The notes: generated from the sequence alone by a model not told the origin. 64,000 nucleotides of DNA from Phycisphaerales bacterium (GCA_965227775.1 OZ245777.1:928001-992000); one strand, 5' to 3'; positions 39,732 to 49,757 are shown, numbered from the stretch's first letter. Program-made: numbers and translations.

Positions 39732-41003
39732 ATGACTCGCCTCGCCCTCGCCGCTCTCACCCTTTCCGCTGGACTCGCCTGCTCGGCCAACGCACAGGTC
39801 ATCAACATCCCGCCGGACGACCTTCCGGCCGAGTCTTGGTTCACCGCCAATCCGGGAGCGACCGTTAACGTCGGGAGCGGCGGAGAGCTCTTTCCCGACT
39901 CTGGCGGCACCGGTGCGTTTACCTTCAACGGCGCAACGGTCAACATCGAGCTCGGCGGTGTCTCGGGCTTCCCGACCATCGACCACTGGGTTGAGGACGT
40001 GACGTACAACCTCGACGGTGGCGAACTCATCCGTGCGAAGTTCGTCGGCGGCGTCGGCTCGACCACCCTGAACATCATCGACGGCCAGACCCGCCGCGGC
40101 GTGTGGCTCCAGGGCAACACCGTCTGCAACATGTCGGGCGGCGACGCCGGTCTCGTCGCTGGTGGCCAGGCCGCGTTCATCATCGAAGACACCGCCGAGT
40201 TCAACCTGACCGGCGGCACCGTCGACACGTTCATCCTCGCGATCGACGACGCCACCGTCAGCATCGATGGCGGCACGATCGCGGGTGCCCTGCAGCTCGA
40301 CGACCGCGCGACCGCCATTATCTCGGATGGCTCGGTTGGCCGCAACGGATTTATGAAGACCATCGATAACCGCCTGACGATCGCCGGCGGCACCATCGGC
40401 CGTGACTTTGTCGTCGAGAAGGGCGTGGTTGACATGTCCGGCGGCGCCATGGACCGCAACTGCGCGATCCTCAACGGCAGCGGCGGCGTCGACCCCATCT
40501 TCAACATGACCGGCGGCGCGCTCGGCTCGGAGTTCCGAGCCTATGACGGCACGATCAACATCTCGGGCGGCCTCGTCGGAGACTTCTTCCGCCTCGGCCG
40601 GCCCACCGGCGACGGCTCGGGCGTCACCATGAATCTCACGGTCAAGAGCGCCACGCTCGACGGCGTCGCGATGGACCTCAGCACCACGCCCACCGTGGTT
40701 GGCGTTCGCGGCGGCGTCTTCCTGTCCTGCGTGCTGCTCGACGACTCGGTCGTGGGCTTCCACCTCAACGAGGACCTCGTCTTCGGCGAGGACCGCATCC
40801 GCGCCGCCGCCACCCTCACCGTTGCGCTCGCCGCATGCGACGCCGACCTGGACGGCGACGGCGAACTCACCATCTTCGACTTCCTCGACTTCCAGAGCCT
40901 GTTCGACTCGGGCGACCTGGCCGCCGACTTCGACGGCGACGGCGAGCTGACGCTCTTCGACTTCCTCGCGTTCCAGACCTCGTTCGCGACCGGCTGCGAC
41001 TGA
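39732..41003 (+). CDS. Secreted beta-helix-like repeat protein with GC-type dockerin module
   Basis: AAGGAG RBS; repeated N[IML][ST]GG units; tail CDADLDGDG...FATGCD. Confidence 0.85.
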   Translation: MTRLALAALTLSAGLACSANAQVINIPPDDLPAESWFTANPGATVNVGSGGELFPDSGGTGAFTFNGATVNIELGGVSGFPTIDHWVEDVTYNLDGGELIRAKFVGGVGSTTLNIIDGQTRRGVWLQGNTVCNMSGGDAGLVAGGQAAFIIEDTAEFNLTGGTVDTFILAIDDATVSIDGGTIAGALQLDDRATAIISDGSVGRNGFMKTIDNRLTIAGGTIGRDFVVEKGVVDMSGGAMDRNCAILNGSGGVDPIFNMTGGALGSEFRAYDGTINISGGLVGDFFRLGRPTGDGSGVTMNLTVKSATLDGVAMDLSTTPTVVGVRGGVFLSCVLLDDSVVGFHLNEDLVFGEDRIRAAATLTVALAACDADLDGDGELTIFDFLDFQSLFDSGDLAADFDGDGELTLFDFLAFQTSFATGCD

Positions 41004-41141
41004 GCAGGCCCCCGCCGCAACCGGCCGGTGACACGCAACTCAACTCCCCGGGGACGCAAGGCGAGGCGGCTCCGGGGAGTTGTCACATCTCACAAGCAGC
41101 GAATCTCGGTCGTCACTCCACCTCGCGCTCGCTCGGGCATC

Positions 41142-41411
41142 ATGATGGACTTCTTCTCAGAGGTGTACCAGACCGTCTTCGTTCTTGAAGAAGGAAAGCT
41201 CGTTCCCCTGTGGAAGGAACTCATGAGAGGCCACGGACACGAACACACGGTCCGAGACCAGGTGGTAGAGCTCCGAGAGACGCCGGACGGTGTGATTCTC
41301 GAAGCCAAGACCGGCAAAGACAGCTTGTTCGACCCGAAGCGCGACGAGCCCGAATTGGTCCGACGCTGGATTCTCCGCCCCAGGATGACCGGTCTCGAAC
41401 CCCTGCAGTAA
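41142..41411 (+). CDS. Small hypothetical protein
   Basis: MMDFFSEVYQTVFVLEEG..., about 89 aa, fills the gap before glyQS; weak RBS. Confidence 0.35.
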   Translation: MMDFFSEVYQTVFVLEEGKLVPLWKELMRGHGHEHTVRDQVVELRETPDGVILEAKTGKDSLFDPKRDEPELVRRWILRPRMTGLEPLQ

Positions 41412-41423
41412 GGTGCTCTGGCA

Positions 41424-42968
41424 CTACGCCTCGAGCTTCTCCGCCAGCCAGTCGCCAACCTTGTCGATCGAGATCCGATCCTGCGCGAGCGTGTCGCGGT
41501 CGCGATACGTCACCGTCTGGTCGTTCATCGTGTCGCCGTCGATGGTGAAGCACACCGGGCAGCCGGCCTCGTCCATGCGGGCGTATCGCTTGCCGATGCT
41601 CTGCTTGGGGTCGAACTCGATGAGCCCCATGTGTCCGAAGCGCCCGCGCAGCTCGCGCACCAGCTTCTCGGCCACCTCGGGCATGCCATCGCGCTGCACA
41701 AGCGGGTACACCGCCGCCTTAATGGGCGCCATGCTGGGCTTGAACTTCATGACGACCTTGCTCGCGCGGCTCTCGTCGGGCGTGAACGCCTCGCACAGGA
41801 GCGCCAGCACGCCGCGTGTCAGCCCCGCGGCCGGCTCGATCACGTCGGGCAGGTACCGCTCGTTGCGCTCCTGGTCGAAGTACTCCAGCTTCTTCTTGGA
41901 GTGCTCCTTGTGCTGGCTCAGATCGAAGTTGCTGCGGTGCGCCACGCCCTCCAGCTCGCCAAAGCCCGGGTGCGTGAACGGCCAGCGGTACTCGATGTCG
42001 TACGTGCCAGCGCCGTTCTTGGAGTAGTGCGCCAGTTCGTCATCGTCGTGCTTGCGCACGATCATGTTCTCGTCGCTCAGCCCAACGCTGTTCCACCAAC
42101 GCTTGCGCTCGGCCACCCAGTAGTCGAGCCACAGCGGTGCCTCGTCCTTGTGGCAGAAGAACTCCATCTCCATCTGCTCGAACTCACGAGAGCGGAAAAT
42201 AAAGTTGCGCGGCGTCACCTCGTTGCGGAAGGCCTTGCCGATCTGGGCAATACCAAAGGGCACGCGCACGCGTGACGTGTCCGTGATATTCGCGAAGTTC
42301 AGGAAGATGCCCTGGGCCGTCTCGGGTCGCAGGTACGCCTTGTCGTCCTCGCTGGCCGTCGCACCGACGTAGGTCTGGAACATCAGGTTGAACGCCCGCG
42401 GCTCGGTCAGCGTGCCGGGCGCCTTCGCGTGCGGACCGACAGCGATCTTCCGCTCATCGGCGCTCAGCGATACAAACGGGCAGGTATCGATCTCGTCGTC
42501 GCCCAGCGAACGCTTCTTGTACTTATCCAGCTTCTTGCGCGCGGCGGCGTACGACTCGTCGTCGTCCTCGACGTGCACATAGATCTGGCCGCTCGTGTCG
42601 CCCTTCTCCCCGATGCAGATCAGGTGGTCGGCGCGATAGCGGAACTTGGTTTCGGTGCAGTCGACCATCGGGTCGCTAAACCCACCCACATGCCCGCTCG
42701 CCTCCCACACCCGCGGGTTCTGGATGATGCTCGAGTCCACGCCCACAATCGACACCGGCTTGCCTTCGCGCATCGGGGGCGTCAGCGTCATGTCGCGCCA
42801 CCAGCGGTCGGCCAGGTTCTTCTTGAGCTGCACGCCCAGCGGGCCATAGTCCCAGAAACCGTTGAGCCCGCCGTAGATCTCGCTGGCCGGGAAGATGAAC
42901 CCGCGCCGCTTGCACAGGCTCACCAACTCTTCCATTGACTTCGCCCCGTCCGCCACAACGTCGCTCAT
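41424..42968 (-). CDS. glyQS: Glycine--tRNA ligase (alpha2 type)
   Basis: LCKRRGF, DYGPLG, YLRPETAQG, FRNEVTP, REFEQME, VIEPAAG, SIGKRYARMDE. Confidence 0.96.
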   Translation of the reverse strand: MSDVVADGAKSMEELVSLCKRRGFIFPASEIYGGLNGFWDYGPLGVQLKKNLADRWWRDMTLTPPMREGKPVSIVGVDSSIIQNPRVWEASGHVGGFSDPMVDCTETKFRYRADHLICIGEKGDTSGQIYVHVEDDDESYAAARKKLDKYKKRSLGDDEIDTCPFVSLSADERKIAVGPHAKAPGTLTEPRAFNLMFQTYVGATASEDDKAYLRPETAQGIFLNFANITDTSRVRVPFGIAQIGKAFRNEVTPRNFIFRSREFEQMEMEFFCHKDEAPLWLDYWVAERKRWWNSVGLSDENMIVRKHDDDELAHYSKNGAGTYDIEYRWPFTHPGFGELEGVAHRSNFDLSQHKEHSKKKLEYFDQERNERYLPDVIEPAAGLTRGVLALLCEAFTPDESRASKVVMKFKPSMAPIKAAVYPLVQRDGMPEVAEKLVRELRGRFGHMGLIEFDPKQSIGKRYARMDEAGCPVCFTIDGDTMNDQTVTYRDRDTLAQDRISIDKVGDWLAEKLEA

Positions 42969-43050
42969 GCGTGACTCCAACCTCGCTGATCGCACCATCC
43001 CGATGCCCAGCGTCCAAATCCCTGTGCCGATTCCCGATGCAGGTTCGTGG

Positions 43051-43716
43051 CTATCCGCCGAAGGCCTTGCGCACCAGATCGCCGAACGATACCCGCTCCT
43101 GCTCCTCGCGCACGGCCGCCTCGATCGTGTCGAACTCGAGCACCTCGGGTGCCTCGATCAGCGGCCGCCGCCGCGCCTCGTCGACGCGAACCAGCCCCAG
43201 CGCGCCCTGTCCCGTGACGTTCACCTGCCACACGCCCTCGCCCAGCGAGCGATAGACCGCCTTGCCCACCAGCGCCCCCGGCTCGTCCCAGTCGACATCG
43301 ACCAGCTCGGGGTCGATCACGATGCCCTCGGTCGGGGGCGTGCGGTCATCGAATACCCGCCGGATCCAGAGCCGACCGCCGATAACTACATAGTCGACGT
43401 AGATTTCTCGCTGCGGGTCGTACGGCGTGGGGATCACCGTTTCGACCCCCCGGCGGCTGCGCACGCGCACACTCATCGACTCGCCCTCGACCACCAGTTC
43501 GGTGACCGCGGCCTGCGACACAGCGGCATTAAACTGCTCTACGAGGGCCGTGTAGTCTCGAGCGACCTCCTGCAGACGATCGCGATAGATATCGGCCCTT
43601 AGGTCGGCGCGGGCTCTCGACAATGCCAAATACCCACCGACCAGTACCAGCAGCATGGTAATCAGGGCAAGCCCCGACGTAAAAATCCTGCCCGCTGGGT
43701 ATTTTCCGCTTGACAT
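43051..43716 (-). CDS. Hypothetical membrane-anchored protein
   Basis: N-terminal TM then coiled coil and globular domain (EIYVDYVVIGGRLWIRRVFD). Confidence 0.7.
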   Translation of the reverse strand: MSSGKYPAGRIFTSGLALITMLLVLVGGYLALSRARADLRADIYRDRLQEVARDYTALVEQFNAAVSQAAVTELVVEGESMSVRVRSRRGVETVIPTPYDPQREIYVDYVVIGGRLWIRRVFDDRTPPTEGIVIDPELVDVDWDEPGALVGKAVYRSLGEGVWQVNVTGQGALGLVRVDEARRRPLIEAPEVLEFDTIEAAVREEQERVSFGDLVRKAFGG

Positions 43717-44135
43717 CGAAGGCATCTGGGGCCATTGTAGTAACCAGAGAGATCGTGGAGGACAGCGGTATTTTCTGGATCAACATCCACAGACTAGATC
43801 GTTGATCGGCCCTCGTCGGTGCATCGCTCGCGATGCGACCCGCGAGGATTCGTCGCTTGTCCACCATGAGAGAGAGGAACGTGTCGCCAAGGCAGCCGGC
43901 GACACCCACCGATATGAAGGCCCCAGCGGGGGCCGGCTCGGACCGCGGCTCGGAGGGCCGCAACCGAGTTCAAACGAAAGATGGGGGTTTCGCACGGTGC
44001 TTTCCCGCCCGGTGTGCACACCCAAACAAGCTTGCTGACCCGCGGCCGTTCGGACAACGGCCTCGGTTTCCGTTTCAATGGCCTGGCAGCGTGCCGGGCA
44101 TACCCAGTTTCCATTTGCAAATGGGGTTTGAAGAG

Positions 44136-46048
44136 ATGATGAACACTCAGAAGGTTCTCGCCGCCGCCGCGATCCTCGCGGCCGCCGGCACCACGTTTGC
44201 CCAGGTCACCCCTGGCTCGTTCGCTCCTGACGCCACCGAGGACATGGAGGGCACCGGCGGTGCTCGTACCTTCCTCACCAGCATCTTCGGCGGCGACGTC
44301 GGCGTTGGTGGCGACCTGAGCTTCGCCTCGGTCGACTTCGGCGATTGGCAGGACTTCCGCACCCCCGGTGGCCCCATCAGCCCACCAGCGGCAGCATCTT
44401 CGGCACGATCTTCGGCTTCGGCTCTGTCACCTTTGACTTCACCGGCATCGGTGGCATCACCGCGTTCGGCTTCGAGGCCAGCGCCGCGGGCGTGGGCGCT
44501 GATGACATCGAGTTCTTCGACCTCGGTGGCAGCAGCATCGGCTTCTTCAGCGACGCCGACGGCTACGGCCCCGGCGACGGCACCATGGAGCCCAAGGCTT
44601 GGACCTCGACCGTCGCCATCGGCTCGGTCACCGTCACCGGTCCCGAGACCGCGTTCGATGACTTCAGCTACGCCCAGGGCGACGTTCCCGCGCGTATCGT
44701 TCTGTTCAGCGACAGCAACGGCGACTTCCCGGCTCAGGCCGCCGCCGACAACCTCGGCCTGAACTACGACTTCATCGACGGCGACTACCCGGCTCTGAAC
44801 GCCGCCCTCGCCAGCGGTGACTACATCTTCGCCATCATCCACAACCCGGCCAACAACTTCGCCGCCGGCTTCGATGCCGAGCTCGACAACTTCGTCAGCG
44901 GTGGCAACCGCGTCCACTTCTCGTTCTGGAACACTGGATGCCGATCCCAGCCTGCAAGGCACCCTAGGTGTCGACAGCACCGTCGACTTCTTCGCCCGCG
45001 TCCGGTCTTCAACAACGCTGGTCACCCATCGTGGGGCGGCGCCGCCAGCCCGGTCATGGTTGACGCCGATGACTGGAACGACAACGGCGACAGCCTGACC
45101 GGTGACGAGGTCGTCTCGACGTTCGACAGCGATTCGGGCGATGGTGCCACGGTCGTCAGCAACGACAACCGCACCCTGGCCAACGGCTTCGAGTACGACT
45201 CGATGGTCCAGCCTGAGATGATCGACCTGCTCGAGGCGCAGATCGCCTGGGTCGAGACGGCGGCTCCCCCGCCCCCGCCCCCCGGCAGCCAGGTCATCCA
45301 GTTCCAGTCCGGCAACGACGGCCACCTGGCCGCCGCCGTCGGCACCGCTGGCATCACCCCGGACCTCGTGCTCGAGAGCGACTTCCCGGGCCTGACCGCT
45401 GCCCTGAACAACCCGGACTTCGGTGTTGCTCTGGTCAGCAACCCCTGCTGCTTCTTCGACGCCGGCACCCCCGCGGCCTTCGATGACTTCATCGATCGCG
45501 GCAACAGCGCCCACCTGTCCTTCTGGAACATGGACGCCGAGCCCGTGCTGCAGGACGCCTTCGGCGTTGCGACGGCCTTCGACTTCTTCACCCCGCGTCC
45601 CGTCTTCGACAACGCCGGTCACCCCTCGTGGGGCGGCGCGACCAGCCCGGTCAGCGTCGACGTCCTCCCGAGCCCGTGGAACGACAACGGCGACAGCATG
45701 ACCGCTGGCGCTGGTGCCGAGGTCGTCGGTACCTTCGACTCCACGAGTGGCGATGGCGCCATCATCGTTGCCAACGGCGACACCACCCTCTTCAACGGCT
45801 TCGACTATGACTCGATGACCGATGGCGAGGTCCGTGACCTGCTGGCCGCCCAGCTCGGCTGGCTCGGCACGGGCGACGACTGCTACGCCGACTTCGATGG
45901 CGACGGCAGCCTGACCATCTTCGACTTCCTCGCGTTCCAGAACGCGTTCGATGGCGGCGACCTGGCGGCCGACTGCGATGAGGACGGCATCCTCACGCTG
46001 TTCGACTTCCTCTGCTTCCAGAACGCCTTCGACGCGGGTTGCGACTAA
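44136..46048 (+). pseudogene. Secreted tandem-domain protein with GC-type dockerin module, interrupted by three single-base indels (assembly error or pseudogene)
   Basis: Signal peptide MMNTQKVLAAAA lies in a different frame from the body (shift near 44383). The internal repeat shows compensating shifts near 44933 and 44995. Confidence 0.75.
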
Positions 46049-46107
46049 GGCTTGTTCCTTCCCCAGTCTGTTTACGGTCACGATTGAATACCTTCTGAGT
46101 GACCATC

Positions 46108-46146
46108 GGGCCCCCCGGATGTCCGCCGGGGGGCCTTTTCTATTTC
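46108..46146. terminator. Hairpin/terminator between the dockerin gene and the capsid operon
   Basis: ggccccccgg-atgtccg-ccggggggcc followed by ttttctattt. Confidence 0.75.
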
Positions 46147-46444
46147 ATCGCATCTCGTGTGACATGGGTGCCGGAGCTCCGGGCGCCGTGCGCTCGGGTG
46201 CCAACTCGCGAATGAACGATGCGAGTTCGCGTTGGCCGATCTCCAGCGACGCCATCGCCCGCGTGTTCGCCTCGACTACGCGCAGCACGACCGCCAGCGA
46301 CTCCTGCTCCTGCGCCAGCCGGCGGTGGGCCTCCTCGATCTGCCGTTCACGCGCCAGCCCGGCCCGTCGCTCGGTGAGCCACATCCACGCGATCAACCCT
46401 GCCATGCCGAACTGGGCAAGCATGCTCGCTACCTCACCCTGCAT
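46145..46444 (-). CDS. Holin-like small membrane protein (single TM + coiled coil)
   Basis: LAQFGMAGLIAWMWLTE then coil ...VVEANTRAMASL; last gene of the phage-like operon. Confidence 0.5.
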   Translation of the reverse strand: MQGEVASMLAQFGMAGLIAWMWLTERRAGLARERQIEEAHRRLAQEQESLAVVLRVVEANTRAMASLEIGQRELASFIRELAPERTAPGAPAPMSHEMR

Positions 46445-46446
46445 GG

Positions 46447-46836
46447 CTACTGCCCCACCTTGCGGAACACCGCCTCGTATCCCACGGACCACACGCGTCC
46501 CACATCCACCGGCCCGGTCTCTCGATACCCGGTCATCCACATGCTGGGCCAGCTCCGCCCTTGCCCGTCCTCCAGCGTGGTCGCACTGGGCGAGGGCGAT
46601 AGCTCGCTGGTCATCGCGTCGCGCAGCGCCCACAGCGCCGCTTCCGAGGCAGCAATCAGGCGACCCCGCACGGTCACCGAGAGCTGCACCGGGCCTAACT
46701 GATTCCATTTGGCGCTCGGCGGTGTCTGCAGCGTGGGCGACGTGCCCGGCGGCGTCTCGGTCTGACCCTGTCGCTGCATCTCGAATCGATGCGGCCCGCT
46801 GGCGAACAGCGGAGTTCCGTCGTACATGCTCGGCAT
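46447..46836 (-). CDS. Hypothetical protein of the capsid operon (possible neck/tail-type fold)
   Basis: AAGGAG RBS; beta-rich LSVTVRGRL...WSVGYEAVFR. Confidence 0.6.
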   Translation of the reverse strand: MPSMYDGTPLFASGPHRFEMQRQGQTETPPGTSPTLQTPPSAKWNQLGPVQLSVTVRGRLIAASEAALWALRDAMTSELSPSPSATTLEDGQGRSWPSMWMTGYRETGPVDVGRVWSVGYEAVFRKVGQ

Positions 46837-46855
46837 GCCTCGCTCCTTCCTGCGC

Positions 46856-47275
46856 CTACTGGGCGCCGTCTTCCGCATCGCTCACATTGATCGGGTCGTT
46901 CGAGCCGTTGTCAGAGATCGCGTACATCTTGATGCGACGCTGCGCCGTACCACCGGGCTCGACGTCTTCGCGCACCGAGGTAATGACCACGCTCGCCTCG
47001 ACCCGCCGCCGACCGCCGCTGCCGGCGGTGGGTGATGCAAAGAACACCAGCGTCCCGTCGTCGCCCGGCGCCGGCCCCTCGAGCGACCCGCGCTCCAGGT
47101 CGGCCACCAGCTCGATCTCCACGCGCTGCTCGGGCACGTCGGCAAACGTCGGGTACGGACCCGTGTTGCCCCACTCCAGCAGTGAGCGCTCGGGCGTGCG
47201 ATGCACCGCCACGCGTCGCACACGTTCGATGGTCTCGCCCAGGAACGTGACCGAGTGCGGATTCAACACAAGCAT
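46856..47275 (-). CDS. Hypothetical protein of the capsid operon (possible tail-tube-like)
   Basis: GGGAG RBS; 139 aa, beta-rich. Confidence 0.6.
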   Translation of the reverse strand: MLVLNPHSVTFLGETIERVRRVAVHRTPERSLLEWGNTGPYPTFADVPEQRVEIELVADLERGSLEGPAPGDDGTLVFFASPTAGSGGRRRVEASVVITSVREDVEPGGTAQRRIKMYAISDNGSNDPINVSDAEDGAQ

Positions 47276-47288
47276 CTCCCGCCTCCCA

Positions 47289-47918
47289 TCAACCGCGGAC
47301 CAGGTGCATCAGCGAGGGCCGGCGGGTCGCATCCACCGCGCCGTCGCCATCCAGGTCGAGCCCAACCGCCAGCGTCTGGCGCGCCCGTGCGAACATGTCG
47401 GCGTACATCGAAGCTCGAGCACCGAGCGCCGAGCTCGGCCCGCTGAGCGCCGAGGCGGCCGCATACACGAGGTGCAACGTCCCGAGCGCCTCGGCGTGGG
47501 CCAACGCCGCCGCATCGACGACCGACTCGGCTCCCGGCCCGTCGGGCTGGTCGAGCCCAAGCAGACCAAGGAGTTGCCGGTGCACGATCGCCCGCTGCGG
47601 CGCGAACGTCACGAGCGTGAATGGCGCAGCCGACGACGCCACCGGTGGCATCGCGTCGTCCTCGGTTGAGGCCCGCAGCCGCGATACTTCCAGCACCGTG
47701 CCGGAAGTTACTTCGGTGATCTCAAGCGGCACGCCGTTGTACACCAGCACTTGCCCGGCCTCGGCTTGCGCCTCGGCGAAGGTCGTGGTCGCGCTTGCAA
47801 CGGTGAGTGTGGTGCCGCTGACACCCGCCGTGCCCGAGGCGAGGCGTCGCCCCGCCCACAGCGCATCGGTGAAGGCGTGCGGTTCGATTGCCAGCATGTC
47901 CCTGTCTTGTGCAAACAT
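47289..47918 (-). CDS. Putative head-tail adaptor/connector
   Basis: AAGGAG RBS; directly after the major capsid gene; helical C-terminus ending LDLDGDGAVD. Confidence 0.55.
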   Translation of the reverse strand: MFAQDRDMLAIEPHAFTDALWAGRRLASGTAGVSGTTLTVASATTTFAEAQAEAGQVLVYNGVPLEITEVTSGTVLEVSRLRASTEDDAMPPVASSAAPFTLVTFAPQRAIVHRQLLGLLGLDQPDGPGAESVVDAAALAHAEALGTLHLVYAAASALSGPSSALGARASMYADMFARARQTLAVGLDLDGDGAVDATRRPSLMHLVRG

Positions 47919-47966
47919 CGCGTGCTCCTTGCGCGCGCAGTCGCGCGGCTCTTCTTTCTGCAAACC

Positions 47967-47992
47967 CGCGGGCCGGTGTTACCCGGCCCGCG
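47967..47992 (-). terminator. Hairpin downstream of the major capsid gene
   Basis: cgcgggccgg-tgttac-ccggcccgcg. Confidence 0.5.
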
Positions 47993-48049
47993 AGCCGGCG
48001 GCCGCCCCCACACGAAACCGCCGTGCCCTTCGGCACCCCGCGAGGCAAG

Positions 48050-49222
48050 TCAGCTCGTGGCCAATCCGCTCAGCACGCCGTGCGCGTTCTCATTGCGCAG
48101 CTCCAGCGTGTACTCACCGATGACCTGGCCCATGGCTGCATCGCCGGTGGCCGCCAGCGGCTTGTAGTGGAAGCTTCGCCCCTCGAGCGGCATTACCTCG
48201 ATGCGGCTGGAATCCAGCAGCAGCAGGCTGTCGGCGGGCATCCAGCGAGACACAACGACGCGGCACACGCCAAAGTCGCTCTCGTATACGCTCACCAGGT
48301 CGCTGTAGCGATCATCGCTCGGGCCATAGCGGCGTGACGATGTCAGGAACGCGTTGATGCGCCGCTTCTGTAGCCCGCCGCACACGATCGTGTCGATCGG
48401 CCCGGACGACTGCTCCCACACCTCGCGCAGGGCGGCGTTGAGCACTTCTTCGGTCAGCCCATCCGAGCCGGCGCCCGAGCCGCCGGGAATCGCCCCCACG
48501 CCGGGCTCAAACTGATTGGTGGCGATGCCGTGGATGAGGCCGTACATCGATCGCCGCACCGATGATGATCCCTGCGGCGAGCTGGCGGGCGATACGCCGT
48601 TGATCACGCAATTTTCCAGATCGCGAAGGAGCTCGCGCATGCGCTCCTGCTTCTGGTAGTCCAGCTCGTCGGCAATGCCGTGCGCCTGTGCGGCCTGCAT
48701 CGAGCCTGAGACCTCAACGGCGGCCGTGAAGATCTGTGTGTAGTTGGCCTTTCGCACGCGGTTAGTGAAGCGTGCGTCGGGCGCGTTGGCGCCTTCGAGC
48801 GCCGCGTTGCCCAGGATGGTCAGCACCATACTCTCGGCGATTCCGACGGTATCGGTTGCGCCATAGCCGCGTACGACGGTGATGGTGTCCGGCGCGACGC
48901 CAGTGACAAGCATGACCTCGGGCCCCTCGCCCGGGCGAACGAGATCTCCCACGCGGAATCGCGAGCCGTCGTCGACCTCGATGGATGTGTCGGTGAAGGG
49001 CGTGGGCGAGAACGCCTGGGCGATCGCCACGCCCGTGTTGGGCAGCAGCTCGTCTTCGATCCACTCGTGCACGGTGCTGGCCGCTGCCCGCCGGGCGTCA
49101 CCCAAGTGATCGAGCAGCGGGGTCTCGAAGGGGCTGACGATGCCGATGATGTCCGAGACGTCCTCGACGAGTTCGGGAAGCGTGCTGCCGGCCGAGAACG
49201 TTGCCTTACCGGTGAATGCCAT
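48050..49222 (-). CDS. Major capsid protein (DUF5309/SU10-like, HK97 fold)
   Basis: EDVSDII..VSPFETP, HEWIEDEL, NYTQIF...VSGS, ELDYQ...RDLE, YESDFG, GEYTLELRNE; AAAGGAG RBS. Confidence 0.85.
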   Translation of the reverse strand: MAFTGKATFSAGSTLPELVEDVSDIIGIVSPFETPLLDHLGDARRAAASTVHEWIEDELLPNTGVAIAQAFSPTPFTDTSIEVDDGSRFRVGDLVRPGEGPEVMLVTGVAPDTITVVRGYGATDTVGIAESMVLTILGNAALEGANAPDARFTNRVRKANYTQIFTAAVEVSGSMQAAQAHGIADELDYQKQERMRELLRDLENCVINGVSPASSPQGSSSVRRSMYGLIHGIATNQFEPGVGAIPGGSGAGSDGLTEEVLNAALREVWEQSSGPIDTIVCGGLQKRRINAFLTSSRRYGPSDDRYSDLVSVYESDFGVCRVVVSRWMPADSLLLLDSSRIEVMPLEGRSFHYKPLAATGDAAMGQVIGEYTLELRNENAHGVLSGLATS

Positions 49223-49292
49223 GCGAATCTCCTTTGGTCAGGTGCGTGGCGTGCGAAACGGGAGCGGGGGCAAGGGCTGGGAACGGGTGGAC

Positions 49293-49757
49293 CTAGCTGC
49301 TGCGTCGGAGGCGCAGGTACTTCATGAATGCTCGCCGGTCGCCGCTGGCGCGTGCGTCGTCTCGCGCACGGTCGACCACCGCACGGCCTGGTGCACCCTG
49401 GGAGGGATGGCTCGGGCTCATGGCCGTCGCCCGTGCTGAGCTGCTGCGGAAGAGCGCGGGCCGCTCGCGCTGTAGCTGGGCGATGACGCGGCTCGGCGTT
49501 GCGTCTTCGTCGCGCTCCAGGCGGCTCTCGACCAGCAGCGCGAGCGACTCCGTGTCGATTGCACCGGCCTGGGCGAGCCCTCTCTCGATGGCGCCGCGGC
49601 GCTCGAGCCGGGCCGACTGCTGGCGCAGGTCCTCGAGCTGGGCGTCGCGGGCGCGCAGCTGGTCGGCCAGGTCACTTGCCATCTGCGTGCGCTCGGCGAG
49701 CGCTTCCCGCAGGTCGTTGTCGTTGGTGGCACTGTCGTTGGGTGTGCTCTCAGGCAT
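49293..49757 (-). CDS. Putative capsid scaffolding protein
   Basis: Coiled coil, GAIDTE, ERPALF motif; lies between portal and capsid. Confidence 0.65.
   Translation of the reverse strand: MPESTPNDSATNDNDLREALAERTQMASDLADQLRARDAQLEDLRQQSARLERRGAIERGLAQAGAIDTESLALLVESRLERDEDATPSRVIAQLQRERPALFRSSSARATAMSPSHPSQGAPGRAVVDRARDDARASGDRRAFMKYLRLRRSS

Noticed and set aside
44147..46081. 644-aa minus-strand ORF spanning the frameshifted gene
   Set aside because: Antisense to a gene with a clear signal peptide, internal repeat and dockerin tail; the translation is not protein-like.
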